Part shown: piece by piece, positions 34,751 to 47,954 of the stretch
Layout of the letters: the number at the start of each line of letters is the position of its first letter
How positions within the stretch are numbered: the first letter of the stretch is position 1
Assembly (NCBI GenBank): GCA_043228905.1
Contig: JBHGNT010000059.1
Span: 1-64,000, forward strand
Direction: 5' to 3'
Source: Azolla caroliniana
Lineage: Eukaryota > Plantae > Polypodiophyta
DNA: 64,000 nucleotides
Notes under the pieces: generated by a model
The model's input: the letters and a program-made list of their open reading frames with translations, nothing else
What the model was told of the DNA's origin: nothing
The model's database searches: none
Position numbers and translations under genes: made by a program

Positions 34751-35827
34751 TTAAAAGTGGCGAATACAAGCGCGTGGGCGAAGATCACATTGTTGGAGAA
34801 GGCGAGAGGTTGCCACGCTTAGAAGTTGTTCCTCCTCACCGGCCTTGAAACGACGACGTTGTTCCTCATCTTGTCGTCCGGTCATGCGATAACGGCGCTC
34901 GTCCTCCTCGCGCTCGCTACTGTCTCTCTCTCGCTCGGCATCCTCTTCCCATTGACGACGTTCCCTTGACACTTGGCTATGGCGGTGACCATCATTGCGT
35001 GCCTCTTCTCCGCTAATGTATAAGGCCTCGCGGAGGCGGTTGCAACGCTCTTCTACGGGGATTTGTTCCACGTTCCTGCAGCATCTTTCGGAGGGCCTTG
35101 CATATCGGCTGATTTCATCCCAAGAGGTGCGACGGCTTCGTCCACGTTCTTCCTTCTCATTACGTTCTTGTAGGTGGCGGACCTGCCCATCGACGAAGTT
35201 TTGGCACTCTTGCCTCAACTCTCGGTCTCGTGGCTCATCGCGATCGCGGCCGCGACGATCCCGTTCCTCTTCGGACTCTCTCTTGTTGTCTCTGCGACGT
35301 CCTTCATCGAGGGATCCTTCACGACGTCGGTCGCGCCTCTCCTGCTCGACATCCTCCTCCCTACGTCGATCGCGCCTCTCGTCGCGTGACTCATCACGAT
35401 CGCGACCGCGACGATCCCGTTCCTCTTCGGACTCTCTCTTGTTGTCTCCGTAGCGCCCCTCCTCGATGGACCCCTCGCGACGTCCCCCGCGCCTCTCCTC
35501 ATCGAAATCCTCCTCCCTGCGTCGATCGCGCCTCTCCTCACGTGGCTCATCGCGATCGTGACTGCGACGATCCCGGTCCTCATCCGACCCTCTCTTGTTG
35601 TCTCTGTAGCGCCTCTCATCGATGGATCCCTCACGACGTCCGCTGCGCCTCTCCTCGTCGACATCCTCCTCCCTACGTCGATCGCGTCTCTCCTCGTCAA
35701 TGTCTCCCTCTCTTCGTCGATCGCGCCTCTCCTCTTCGCGATCCCGTCCTACAGATCTAGCATTGGCCGCGCCGCAGGCGGCTAGCATGATAACCGCCAT
35801 GAGGAATATGATAGTGAGCTTCGCCAT
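34751..35827 (-). CDS. 2S-albumin-like R/E/D-rich protein, copy 8 (358 aa)
   Basis: Same translation as copy 1. Confidence 0.8.
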   Translation of the reverse strand: MAKLTIIFLMAVIMLAACGAANARSVGRDREEERRDRRREGDIDEERRDRRREEDVDEERRSGRREGSIDERRYRDNKRGSDEDRDRRSHDRDEPREERRDRRREEDFDEERRGGRREGSIEEGRYGDNKRESEEERDRRGRDRDESRDERRDRRREEDVEQERRDRRREGSLDEGRRRDNKRESEEERDRRGRDRDEPRDRELRQECQNFVDGQVRHLQERNEKEERGRSRRTSWDEISRYARPSERCCRNVEQIPVEERCNRLREALYISGEEARNDGHRHSQVSRERRQWEEDAERERDSSEREEDERRYRMTGRQDEEQRRRFKAGEEEQLLSVATSRLLQQCDLRPRACIRHF

Positions 35828-36950
35828 TGCTTGTGTTCGGAACTACCCCGGTTCTCTCTCCGCCTATTTGAGTGTGTCATGGTTGATCCACCCTTATATA
35901 CACAAGGCCATGCATGTCTAGTACATGCATGTCCCTTCCCACGTCCATTCCTATAGACGTTAATGGCATGATCCATACTTGGGCCACGGAAGAGACCATT
36001 CACTTTTCACCACCCCCCTTTACGTGTCCAGGATCCTCCTGCTTCGACCTACCATATCACTAGCCCTATACTCACCTCCATCACACCAGGAGTGGGATTA
36101 TGCACTTGGGCATTTCAAATCTACTAACCTATGGACGCTTCGTCCATATTGCAACGTAGACAGTATGTAACCTCATGATAGCCACCTACACATGTGATGC
36201 CATTGAGGTTGTAGAGTGCGTATGGGCCTCGTAAAACGAGGATAAGGTGGTGAGAAAAGGTTTTTAGGGTGTTGGTTCTCTCCACGAAAACGTGCTCGGT
36301 GGTTGTGGCCACGAGGGAGTTTAGAATCCATTGCGACCAACATACGGACGACGACACGCGTTTTCATTGTGATTACAAGATCCGTCGTCGTTGTGGACGC
36401 TGCAACCACCGGAGGAATATGAAGGTGGCACCATTCAAGGACAACATTTCTAGGTGAAACATGCGTGGGTTGGTTGGTTCACACGATGATGAAAATGGTA
36501 GATAGACATGGGAATGTCATGTGGAATCATGTTTGTAGTAGGAGTTACGATCAGCCACTACTATTGCGCACATCATGGTACGGCGAGACACGGCATTGTA
36601 TGAGGGTGGCTTCAATACAACATTGTGATGGCATCGACGTTTGACGAGTTTCGCGTTGCTCGTGAGAGAGATAGCGATAGATGGATAGCGATAGATATAG
36701 GTAGGGTGGGAGTGGGTAGTGTGCGTGTGGGCACGTTACCTAATCATGTGTGCGTGGAGTTTCATTTTGCTTGTGCAATGAGCGAGCGAGGGCACGCGAC
36801 CTGATCGTGCGTGCGTGCGTGCGTGTTGTGCGCGAGCGTGGGAGAAATATGATTGAGAGGGTTATGAGAACGTCAAGACACCACACAGAGCACACCATTT
36901 ACATTTACGATGTTCAGAAAGTGTATAGTTGAAAAAGTTATGTACGTTCT

Positions 36951-38027
36951 TTAAAAGTGGCGAATACAAGCGCGTGGGCGAAGATCACATTGTTGGAGAA
37001 GGCGAGAGGTTGCCACGCTTAGAAGTTGTTCCTCCTCACCGGCCTTGAAACGACGACGTTGTTCCTCATCTTGTCGTCCGGTCATGCGATAACGGCGCTC
37101 GTCCTCCTCGCGCTCGCTACTGTCTCTCTCTCGCTCGGCATCCTCTTCCCATTGACGACGTTCCCTTGACACTTGGCTATGGCGGTGACCATCATTGCGT
37201 GCCTCTTCTCCGCTAATGTATAAGGCCTCGCGGAGGCGGTTGCAACGCTCTTCTACGGGGATTTGTTCCACGTTCCTGCAGCATCTTTCGGAGGGCCTTG
37301 CATATCGGCTGATTTCATCCCAAGAGGTGCGACGGCTTCGTCCACGTTCTTCCTTCTCATTACGTTCTTGTAGGTGGCGGACCTGCCCATCGACGAAGTT
37401 TTGGCACTCTTGCCTCAACTCTCGGTCTCGTGGCTCATCGCGATCGCGGCCGCGACGATCCCGTTCCTCTTCGGACTCTCTCTTGTTGTCTCTGCGACGT
37501 CCTTCATCGAGGGATCCTTCACGACGTCGGTCGCGCCTCTCCTGCTCGACATCCTCCTCCCTACGTCGATCGCGCCTCTCGTCGCGTGACTCATCACGAT
37601 CGCGACCGCGACGATCCCGTTCCTCTTCGGACTCTCTCTTGTTGTCTCCGTAGCGCCCCTCCTCGATGGACCCCTCGCGACGTCCCCCGCGCCTCTCCTC
37701 ATCGAAATCCTCCTCCCTGCGTCGATCGCGCCTCTCCTCACGTGGCTCATCGCGATCGTGACTGCGACGATCCCGGTCCTCATCCGACCCTCTCTTGTTG
37801 TCTCTGTAGCGCCTCTCATCGATGGATCCCTCACGACGTCCGCTGCGCCTCTCCTCGTCGACATCCTCCTCCCTACGTCGATCGCGTCTCTCCTCGTCAA
37901 TGTCTCCCTCTCTTCGTCGATCGCGCCTCTCCTCTTCGCGATCCCGTCCTACAGATCTAGCATTGGCCGCGCCGCAGGCGGCTAGCATGATAACCGCCAT
38001 GAGGAATATGATAGTGAGCTTCGCCAT
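36951..38027 (-). CDS. 2S-albumin-like R/E/D-rich protein, copy 9 (358 aa)
   Basis: Same translation as copy 1. Confidence 0.8.
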   Translation of the reverse strand: MAKLTIIFLMAVIMLAACGAANARSVGRDREEERRDRRREGDIDEERRDRRREEDVDEERRSGRREGSIDERRYRDNKRGSDEDRDRRSHDRDEPREERRDRRREEDFDEERRGGRREGSIEEGRYGDNKRESEEERDRRGRDRDESRDERRDRRREEDVEQERRDRRREGSLDEGRRRDNKRESEEERDRRGRDRDEPRDRELRQECQNFVDGQVRHLQERNEKEERGRSRRTSWDEISRYARPSERCCRNVEQIPVEERCNRLREALYISGEEARNDGHRHSQVSRERRQWEEDAERERDSSEREEDERRYRMTGRQDEEQRRRFKAGEEEQLLSVATSRLLQQCDLRPRACIRHF

Positions 38028-39150
38028 TGCTTGTGTTCGGAACTACCCCGGTTCTCTCTCCGCCTATTTGAGTGTGTCATGGTTGATCCACCCTTATATA
38101 CACAAGGCCATGCATGTCTAGTACATGCATGTCCCTTCCCACGTCCATTCCTATAGACGTTAATGGCATGATCCATACTTGGGCCACGGAAGAGACCATT
38201 CACTTTTCACCACCCCCCTTTACGTGTCCAGGATCCTCCTGCTTCGACCTACCATATCACTAGCCCTATACTCACCTCCATCACACCAGGAGTGGGATTA
38301 TGCACTTGGGCATTTCAAATCTACTAACCTATGGACGCTTCGTCCATATTGCAACGTAGACAGTATGTAACCTCATGATAGCCACCTACACATGTGATGC
38401 CATTGAGGTTGTAGAGTGCGTATGGGCCTCGTAAAACGAGGATAAGGTGGTGAGAAAAGGTTTTTAGGGTGTTGGTTCTCTCCACGAAAACGTGCTCGGT
38501 GGTTGTGGCCACGAGGGAGTTTAGAATCCATTGCGACCAACATACGGACGACGACACGCGTTTTCATTGTGATTACAAGATCCGTCGTCGTTGTGGACGC
38601 TGCAACCACCGGAGGAATATGAAGGTGGCACCATTCAAGGACAACATTTCTAGGTGAAACATGCGTGGGTTGGTTGGTTCACACGATGATGAAAATGGTA
38701 GATAGACATGGGAATGTCATGTGGAATCATGTTTGTAGTAGGAGTTACGATCAGCCACTACTATTGCGCACATCATGGTACGGCGAGACACGGCATTGTA
38801 TGAGGGTGGCTTCAATACAACATTGTGATGGCATCGACGTTTGACGAGTTTCGCGTTGCTCGTGAGAGAGATAGCGATAGATGGATAGCGATAGATATAG
38901 GTAGGGTGGGAGTGGGTAGTGTGCGTGTGGGCACGTTACCTAATCATGCGTGCGTGGAGTTTCATTTTGCTTGTGCAATGAGCGAGCGAGGGCACGCGAC
39001 CTGATCGTGCGTGCGTGCGTGCGTGTTGTGCGCGAGCGTGGGAGAAATATGATTGAGAGGGTTATGAGAACGTCAAGACACCACACAGAGCACACCATTT
39101 ACATTTACGATGTTCAGAAAGTGTATAGTTGAAAAAGTTATGTACGTTCT

Positions 39151-40229
39151 TTAAAAGTGGCGAATACAAGCGCGTGGGCGAAGATCACATTGTTGGAGAA
39201 GGCGAGAGGTTGCCACGCTTAGAAGTTGTTCCTCCTCACCGGCCTTGAAACGACGACGTTGTTCCTCATCTTGTCGTCCGGTCATGCGATAACGGCGCTC
39301 GTCCTCCTCGCGCTCGCTACTGTCTCTCTCTCGCTCGGCATCCTCTTCCCATTGACGACGTTCCCTTGACACTTGGCTATGGCGGTGACCATCATTGCGT
39401 GCCTCTTCTCCGCTAATGTATAAGGCCTCGCGGAGGCGCGGTTGCAACGCTCTTCTACGGGGATTTGTTCCACGTTCCTGCAGCATCTTTCGGAGGGCCT
39501 TGCATATCGGCTGATTTCATCCCAAGAGGTGCGACGGCTTCGTCCACGTTCTTCCTTCTCATTACGTTCTTGTAGGTGGCGGACCTGCCCATCGACGAAG
39601 TTTTGGCACTCTTGCCTCAACTCTCGGTCTCGTGGCTCATCGCGATCGCGGCCGCGACGATCCCGTTCCTCTTCGGACTCTCTCTTGTTGTCTCTGCGAC
39701 GTCCTTCATCGAGGGATCCTTCACGACGTCGGTCGCGCCTCTCCTGCTCGACATCCTCCTCCCTACGTCGATCGCGCCTCTCGTCGCGTGACTCATCACG
39801 ATCGCGACCGCGACGATCCCGTTCCTCTTCGGACTCTCTCTTGTTGTCTCCGTAGCGCCCCTCCTCGATGGACCCCTCGCGACGTCCCCCGCGCCTCTCC
39901 TCATCGAAATCCTCCTCCCTGCGTCGATCGCGCCTCTCCTCACGTGGCTCATCGCGATCGTGACTGCGACGATCCCGGTCCTCATCCGACCCTCTCTTGT
40001 TGTCTCTGTAGCGCCTCTCATCGATGGATCCCTCACGACGTCCGCTGCGCCTCTCCTCGTCGACATCCTCCTCCCTACGTCGATCGCGTCTCTCCTCGTC
40101 AATGTCTCCCTCTCTTCGTCGATCGCGCCTCTCCTCTTCGCGATCCCGTCCTACAGATCTAGCATTGGCCGCGCCGCAGGCGGCTAGCATGATAACCGCC
40201 ATGAGGAATATGATAGTGAGCTTCGCCAT
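39151..40229 (-). pseudogene. Copy 10, +2 frameshift after codon 264 (315-aa product with a new C-terminus)
   Basis: gaggcgcggttg at ~39433-39444 instead of gaggcggttg. Confidence 0.75.
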
Positions 40230-41352
40230 TGCTTGTGTTCGGAACTACCCCGGTTCTCTCTCCGCCTATTTGAGTGTGTCATGGTTGATCCACCCTTATA
40301 TACACAAGGCCATGCATGTCTAGTACATGCATGTCCCTTCCCACGTCCATTCCTATAGACGTTAATGGCATGATCCATACTTGGGCCACGGAAGAGACCA
40401 TTCACTTTTCACCACCCCCCTTTACGTGTCCAGGATCCTCCTGCTTCGACCTACCATATCACTAGCCCTATACTCACCTCCATCACACCAGGAGTGGGAT
40501 TATGCACTTGGGCATTTCAAATCTACTAACCTATGGACGCTTCGTCCATATTGCAACGTAGACAGTATGTAACCTCATGATAGCCACCTACACATGTGAT
40601 GCCATTGAGGTTGTAGAGTGCGTATGGGCCTCGTAAAACGAGGATAAGGTGGTGAGAAAAGGTTTTTAGGGTGTTGGTTCTCTCCACGAAAACGTGCTCG
40701 GTGGTTGTGGCCACGAGGGAGTTTAGAATCCATTGCGACCAACATACGGACGACGACACGCGTTTTCATTGTGATTACAAGATCCGTCGTCGTTGTGGAC
40801 GCTGCAACCACCGGAGGAATATGAAGGTGGCACCATTCAAGGACAACATTTCTAGGTGAAACATGCGTGGGTTGGTTGGTTCACACGATGATGAAAATGG
40901 TAGATAGACATGGGAATGTCATGTGGAATCATGTTTGTAGTAGGAGTTACGATCAGCCACTACTATTGCGCACATCATGGTACGGCGAGACACGGCATTG
41001 TATGAGGGTGGCTTCAATACAACATTGTGATGGCATCGACGTTTGACGAGTTTCGCGTTGCTCGTGAGAGAGATAGCGATAGATGGATAGCGATAGATAT
41101 AGGTAGGGTGGGAGTGGGTAGTGTGCGTGTGGGCACGTTACCTAATCATGCGTGCGTGGAGTTTCATTTTGCTTGTGCAATGAGCGAGCGAGGGCACGCG
41201 ACCTGATCGTGCGTGCGTGCGTGCGTGTTGTGCGCGAGCGTGGGAGAAATATGATTGAGAGGGTTATGAGAACGTCAAGACACCACACAGAGCACACCAT
41301 TTACATTTACGATGTTCAGAAAGTGTATAGTTGAAAAAGTTATGTACGTTCT

Positions 41353-42429
41353 TTAAAAGTGGCGAATACAAGCGCGTGGGCGAAGATCACATTGTTGGAG
41401 AAGGCGAGAGGTTGCCACGCTTAGAAGTTGTTCCTCCTCACCGGCCTTGAAACGACGACGTTGTTCCTCATCTTGTCGTCCGGTCATGCGATAACGGCGC
41501 TCGTCCTCCTCGCGCTCGCTACTGTCTCTCTCTCGCTCGGCATCCTCTTCCCATTGACGACGTTCCCTTGACACTTGGCTATGGCGGTGACCATCATTGC
41601 GTGCCTCTTCTCCGCTAATGTATAAGGCCTCGCGGAGGCGGTTGCAACGCTCTTCTACGGGGATTTGTTCCACGTTCCTGCAGCATCTTTCGGAGGGCCT
41701 TGCATATCGGCTGATTTCATCCCAAGAGGTGCGACGGCTTCGTCCACGTTCTTCCTTCTCATTACGTTCTTGTAGGTGGCGGACCTGCCCATCGACGAAG
41801 TTTTGGCACTCTTGCCTCAACTCTCGGTCTCGTGGCTCATCGCGATCGCGGCCGCGACGATCCCGTTCCTCTTCGGACTCTCTCTTGTTGTCTCTGCGAC
41901 GTCCTTCATCGAGGGATCCTTCACGACGTCGGTCGCGCCTCTCCTGCTCGACATCCTCCTCCCTACGTCGATCGCGCCTCTCGTCGCGTGACTCATCACG
42001 ATCGCGACCGCGACGATCCCGTTCCTCTTCGGACTCTCTCTTGTTGTCTCCGTAGCGCCCCTCCTCGATGGACCCCTCGCGACGTCCCCCGCGCCTCTCC
42101 TCATCGAAATCCTCCTCCCTGCGTCGATCGCGCCTCTCCTCACGTGGCTCATCGCGATCGTGACTGCGACGATCCCGGTCCTCATCCGACCCTCTCTTGT
42201 TGTCTCTGTAGCGCCTCTCATCGATGGATCCCTCACGACGTCCGCTGCGCCTCTCCTCGTCGACATCCTCCTCCCTACGTCGATCGCGTCTCTCCTCGTC
42301 AATGTCTCCCTCTCTTCGTCGATCGCGCCTCTCCTCTTCGCGATCCCGTCCTACAGATCTAGCATTGGCCGCGCCGCAGGCGGCTAGCATGATAACCGCC
42401 ATGAGGAATATGATAGTGAGCTTCGCCAT
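41353..42429 (-). CDS. 2S-albumin-like R/E/D-rich protein, copy 11 (358 aa)
   Basis: Same translation as copy 1. Confidence 0.8.
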   Translation of the reverse strand: MAKLTIIFLMAVIMLAACGAANARSVGRDREEERRDRRREGDIDEERRDRRREEDVDEERRSGRREGSIDERRYRDNKRGSDEDRDRRSHDRDEPREERRDRRREEDFDEERRGGRREGSIEEGRYGDNKRESEEERDRRGRDRDESRDERRDRRREEDVEQERRDRRREGSLDEGRRRDNKRESEEERDRRGRDRDEPRDRELRQECQNFVDGQVRHLQERNEKEERGRSRRTSWDEISRYARPSERCCRNVEQIPVEERCNRLREALYISGEEARNDGHRHSQVSRERRQWEEDAERERDSSEREEDERRYRMTGRQDEEQRRRFKAGEEEQLLSVATSRLLQQCDLRPRACIRHF

Positions 42430-43552
42430 TGCTTGTGTTCGGAACTACCCCGGTTCTCTCTCCGCCTATTTGAGTGTGTCATGGTTGATCCACCCTTATA
42501 TACACAAGGCCATGCATGTCTAGTACATGCATGTCCCTTCCCACGTCCATTCCTATAGACGTTAATGGCATGATCCATACTTGGGCCACGGAAGAGACCA
42601 TTCACTTTTCACCACCCCCCTTTACGTGTCCAGGATCCTCCTGCTTCGACCTACCATATCACTAGCCCTATACTCACCTCCATCACACCAGGAGTGGGAT
42701 TATGCACTTGGGCATTTCAAATCTACTAACCTATGGACGCTTCGTCCATATTGCAACGTAGACAGTATGTAACCTCATGATAGCCACCTACACATGTGAT
42801 GCCATTGAGGTTGTAGAGTGCGTATGGGCCTCGTAAAACGAGGATAAGGTGGTGAGAAAAGGTTTTTAGGGTGTTGGTTCTCTCCACGAAAACGTGCTCG
42901 GTGGTTGTGGCCACGAGGGAGTTTAGAATCCATTGCGACCAACATACGGACGACGACACGCGTTTTCATTGTGATTACAAGATCCGTCGTCGTTGTGGAC
43001 GCTGCAACCACCGGAGGAATATGAAGGTGGCACCATTCAAGGACAACATTTCTAGGTGAAACATGCGTGGGTTGGTTGGTTCACACGATGATGAAAATGG
43101 TAGATAGACATGGGAATGTCATGTGGAATCATGTTTGTAGTAGGAGTTACGATCAGCCACTACTATTGCGCACATCATGGTACGGCGAGACACGGCATTG
43201 TATGAGGGTGGCTTCAATACAACATTGTGATGGCATCGACGTTTGACGAGTTTCGCGTTGCTCGTGAGAGAGATAGCGATAGATGGATAGCGATAGATAT
43301 AGGTAGGGTGGGAGTGGGTAGTGTGCGTGTGGGCACGTTACCTAATCATGCGTGCGTGGAGTTTCATTTTGCTTGTGCAATGAGCGAGCGAGGGCACGCG
43401 ACCTGATCGTGCGTGCGTGCGTGCGTGTTGTGCGCGAGCGTGGGAGAAATATGATTGAGAGGGTTATGAGAACGTCAAGACACCACACAGAGCACACCAT
43501 TTACATTTACGATGTTCAGAAAGTGTATAGTTGAAAAAGTTATGTACGTTCT

Positions 43553-44629
43553 TTAAAAGTGGCGAATACAAGCGCGTGGGCGAAGATCACATTGTTGGAG
43601 AAGGCGAGAGGTTGCCACGCTTAGAAGTTGTTCCTCCTCACCGGCCTTGAAACGACGACGTTGTTCCTCATCTTGTCGTCCGGTCATGCGATAACGGCGC
43701 TCGTCCTCCTCGCGCTCGCTACTGTCTCTCTCTCGCTCGGCATCCTCTTCCCATTGACGACGTTCCCTTGACACTTGGCTATGGCGGTGACCATCATTGC
43801 GTGCCTCTTCTCCGCTAATGTATAAGGCCTCGCGGAGGCGGTTGCAACGCTCTTCTACGGGGATTTGTTCCACGTTCCTGCAGCATCTTTCGGAGGGCCT
43901 TGCATATCGGCTGATTTCATCGCAAGAGGTGCGACGGCTTCGTCCACGTTCTTCCTTCTCATTACGTTCTTGTAGGTGGCGGACCTGCCCATCGACGAAG
44001 TTTTGGCACTCTTGCCTCAACTCTCGGTCTCGTGGCTCATCGCGATCGCGGCCGCGACGATCCCGTTCCTCTTCGGACTCTCTCTTGTTGTCTCTGCGAC
44101 GTCCTTCATCGAGGGATCCTTCACGACGTCGGTCGCGCCTCTCCTGCTCGACATCCTCCTCCCTACGTCGATCGCGCCTCTCGTCGCGTGACTCATCACG
44201 ATCGCGACCGCGACGATCCCGTTCCTCTTCGGACTCTCTCTTGTTGTCTCCGTAGCGCCCCTCCTCGATGGACCCCTCGCGACGTCCCCCGCGCCTCTCC
44301 TCATCGAAATCCTCCTCCCTGCGTCGATCGCGCCTCTCCTCACGTGGCTCATCGCGATCGTGACTGCGACGATCCCGGTCCTCATCCGACCCTCTCTTGT
44401 TGTCTCTGTAGCGCCTCTCATCGATGGATCCCTCACGACGTCCGCTGCGCCTCTCCTCGTCGACATCCTCCTCCCTACGTCGATCGCGTCTCTCCTCGTC
44501 AATGTCTCCCTCTCTTCGTCGATCGCGCCTCTCCTCTTCGCGATCCCGTCCTACAGATCTAGCATTGGCCGCGCCGCAGGCGGCTAGCATGATAACCGCC
44601 ATGAGGAATATGATAGTGAGCTTCGCCAT
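43553..44629 (-). CDS. 2S-albumin-like protein, copy 12 (358 aa, W236C variant)
   Basis: C>G at 43922 changes TGG to TGC. Confidence 0.8.
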   Translation of the reverse strand: MAKLTIIFLMAVIMLAACGAANARSVGRDREEERRDRRREGDIDEERRDRRREEDVDEERRSGRREGSIDERRYRDNKRGSDEDRDRRSHDRDEPREERRDRRREEDFDEERRGGRREGSIEEGRYGDNKRESEEERDRRGRDRDESRDERRDRRREEDVEQERRDRRREGSLDEGRRRDNKRESEEERDRRGRDRDEPRDRELRQECQNFVDGQVRHLQERNEKEERGRSRRTSCDEISRYARPSERCCRNVEQIPVEERCNRLREALYISGEEARNDGHRHSQVSRERRQWEEDAERERDSSEREEDERRYRMTGRQDEEQRRRFKAGEEEQLLSVATSRLLQQCDLRPRACIRHF

Positions 44630-45752
44630 TGCTTGTGTTCGGAACTACCCCGGTTCTCTCTCCGCCTATTTGAGTGTGTCATGGTTGATCCACCCTTATA
44701 TACACAAGGCCATGCATGTCTAGTACATGCATGTCCCTTCCCACGTCCATTCCTATAGACGTTAATGGCATGATCCATACTTGGGCCACGGAAGAGACCA
44801 TTCACTTTTCACCACCCCCCTTTACGTGTCCAGGATCCTCCTGCTTCGACCTACCATATCACTAGCCCTATACTCACCTCCATCACACCAGGAGTGGGAT
44901 TATGCACTTGGGCATTTCAAATCTACTAACCTATGGACGCTTCGTCCATATTGCAACGTAGACAGTATGTAACCTCATGATAGCCACCTACACATGTGAT
45001 GCCATTGAGGTTGTAGAGTGCGTATGGGCCTCGTAAAACGAGGATAAGGTGGTGAGAAAAGGTTTTTAGGGTGTTGGTTCTCTCCACGAAAACGTGCTCG
45101 GTGGTTGTGGCCACGAGGGAGTTTAGAATCCATTGCGACCAACATACGGACGACGACACGCGTTTTCATTGTGATTACAAGATCCGTCGTCGTTGTGGAC
45201 GCTGCAACCACCGGAGGAATATGAAGGTGGCACCATTCAAGGACAACATTTCTAGGTGAAACATGCGTGGGTTGGTTGGTTCACACGATGATGAAAATGG
45301 TAGATAGACATGGGAATGTCATGTGGAATCATGTTTGTAGTAGGAGTTACGATCAGCCACTACTATTGCGCACATCATGGTACGGCGAGACACGGCATTG
45401 TATGAGGGTGGCTTCAATACAACATTGTGATGGCATCGACGTTTGACGAGTTTCGCGTTGCTCGTGAGAGAGATAGCGATAGATGGATAGCGATAGATAT
45501 AGGTAGGGTGGGAGTGGGTAGTGTGCGTGTGGGCACGTTACCTAATCATGTGTGCGTGGAGTTTCATTTTGCTTGTGCAATGAGCGAGCGAGGGCACGCG
45601 ACCTGATCGTGCGTGCGTGCGTGCGTGTTGTGCGCGAGCGTGGGAGAAATATGATTGAGAGGGTTATGAGAACGTCAAGACACCACACAGAGCACACCAT
45701 TTACATTTACGATGTTCAGAAAGTGTATAGTTGAAAAAGTTATGTACGTTCT

Positions 45753-46831
45753 TTAAAAGTGGCGAATACAAGCGCGTGGGCGAAGATCACATTGTTGGAG
45801 AAGGCGAGAGGTTGCCACGCTTAGAAGTTGTTCCTCCTCACCGGCCTTGAAACGACGACGTTGTTCCTCATCTTGTCGTCCGGTCATGCGATAACGGCGC
45901 TCGTCCTCCTCGCGCTCGCTACTGTCTCTCTCTCGCTCGGCATCCTCTTCCCATTGACGACGTTCCCTTGACACTTGGCTATGGCGGTGACCATCATTGC
46001 GTGCCTCTTCTCCGCTAATGTATAAGGCCTCGCGGAGGCGCGGTTGCAACGCTCTTCTACGGGGATTTGTTCCACGTTCCTGCAGCATCTTTCGGAGGGC
46101 CTTGCATATCGGCTGATTTCATCCCAAGAGGTGCGACGGCTTCGTCCACGTTCTTCCTTCTCATTACGTTCTTGTAGGTGGCGGACCTGCCCATCGACGA
46201 AGTTTTGGCACTCTTGCCTCAACTCTCGGTCTCGTGGCTCATCGCGATCGCGGCCGCGACGATCCCGTTCCTCTTCGGACTCTCTCTTGTTGTCTCTGCG
46301 ACGTCCTTCATCGAGGGATCCTTCACGACGTCGGTCGCGCCTCTCCTGCTCGACATCCTCCTCCCTACGTCGATCGCGCCTCTCGTCGCGTGACTCATCA
46401 CGATCGCGACCGCGACGATCCCGTTCCTCTTCGGACTCTCTCTTGTTGTCTCCGTAGCGCCCCTCCTCGATGGACCCCTCGCGACGTCCCCCGCGCCTCT
46501 CCTCATCGAAATCCTCCTCCCTGCGTCGATCGCGCCTCTCCTCACGTGGCTCATCGCGATCGTGACTGCGACGATCCCGGTCCTCATCCGACCCTCTCTT
46601 GTTGTCTCTGTAGCGCCTCTCATCGATGGATCCCTCACGACGTCCGCTGCGCCTCTCCTCGTCGACATCCTCCTCCCTACGTCGATCGCGTCTCTCCTCG
46701 TCAATGTCTCCCTCTCTTCGTCGATCGCGCCTCTCCTCTTCGCGATCCCGTCCTACAGATCTAGCATTGGCCGCGCCGCAGGCGGCTAGCATGATAACCG
46801 CCATGAGGAATATGATAGTGAGCTTCGCCAT
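45753..46831 (-). pseudogene. Copy 13, +2 frameshift
   Basis: Same CG insertion at ~46039-46042. Confidence 0.75.
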
Positions 46832-47954
46832 TGCTTGTGTTCGGAACTACCCCGGTTCTCTCTCCGCCTATTTGAGTGTGTCATGGTTGATCCACCCTTA
46901 TATACACAAGGCCATGCATGTCTAGTACATGCATGTCCCTTCCCACGTCCATTCCTATAGACGTTAATGGCATGATCCATACTTGGGCCACGGAAGAGAC
47001 CATTCACTTTTCACCACCCCCCTTTACGTGTCCAGGATCCTCCTGCTTCGACCTACCATATCACTAGCCCTATACTCACCTCCATCACACCAGGAGTGGG
47101 ATTATGCACTTGGGCATTTCAAATCTACTAACCTATGGACGCTTCGTCCATATTGCAACGTAGACAGTATGTAACCTCATGATAGCCACCTACACATGTG
47201 ATGCCATTGAGGTTGTAGAGTGCGTATGGGCCTCGTAAAACGAGGATAAGGTGGTGAGAAAAGGTTTTTAGGGTGTTGGTTCTCTCCACGAAAACGTGCT
47301 CGGTGGTTGTGGCCACGAGGGAGTTTAGAATCCATTGCGACCAACATACGGACGACGACACGCGTTTTCATTGTGATTACAAGATCCGTCGTCGTTGTGG
47401 ACGCTGCAACCACCGGAGGAATATGAAGGTGGCACCATTCAAGGACAACATTTCTAGGTGAAACATGCGTGGGTTGGTTGGTTCACACGATGATGAAAAT
47501 GGTAGATAGACATGGGAATGTCATGTGGAATCATGTTTGTAGTAGGAGTTACGATCAGCCACTACTATTGCGCACATCATGGTACGGCGAGACACGGCAT
47601 TGTATGAGGGTGGCTTCAATACAACATTGTGATGGCATCGACGTTTGACGAGTTTCGCGTTGCTCGTGAGAGAGATAGCGATAGATGGATAGCGATAGAT
47701 ATAGGTAGGGTGGGAGTGGGTAGTGTGCGTGTGGGCACGTTACCTAATCATGCGTGCGTGGAGTTTCATTTTGCTTGTGCAATGAGCGAGCGAGGGCACG
47801 CGACCTGATCGTGCGTGCGTGCGTGCGTGTTGTGCGCGAGCGTGGGAGAAATATGATTGAGAGGGTTATGAGAACGTCAAGACACCACACAGAGCACACC
47901 ATTTACATTTACGATGTTCAGAAAGTGTATAGTTGAAAAAGTTATGTACGTTCT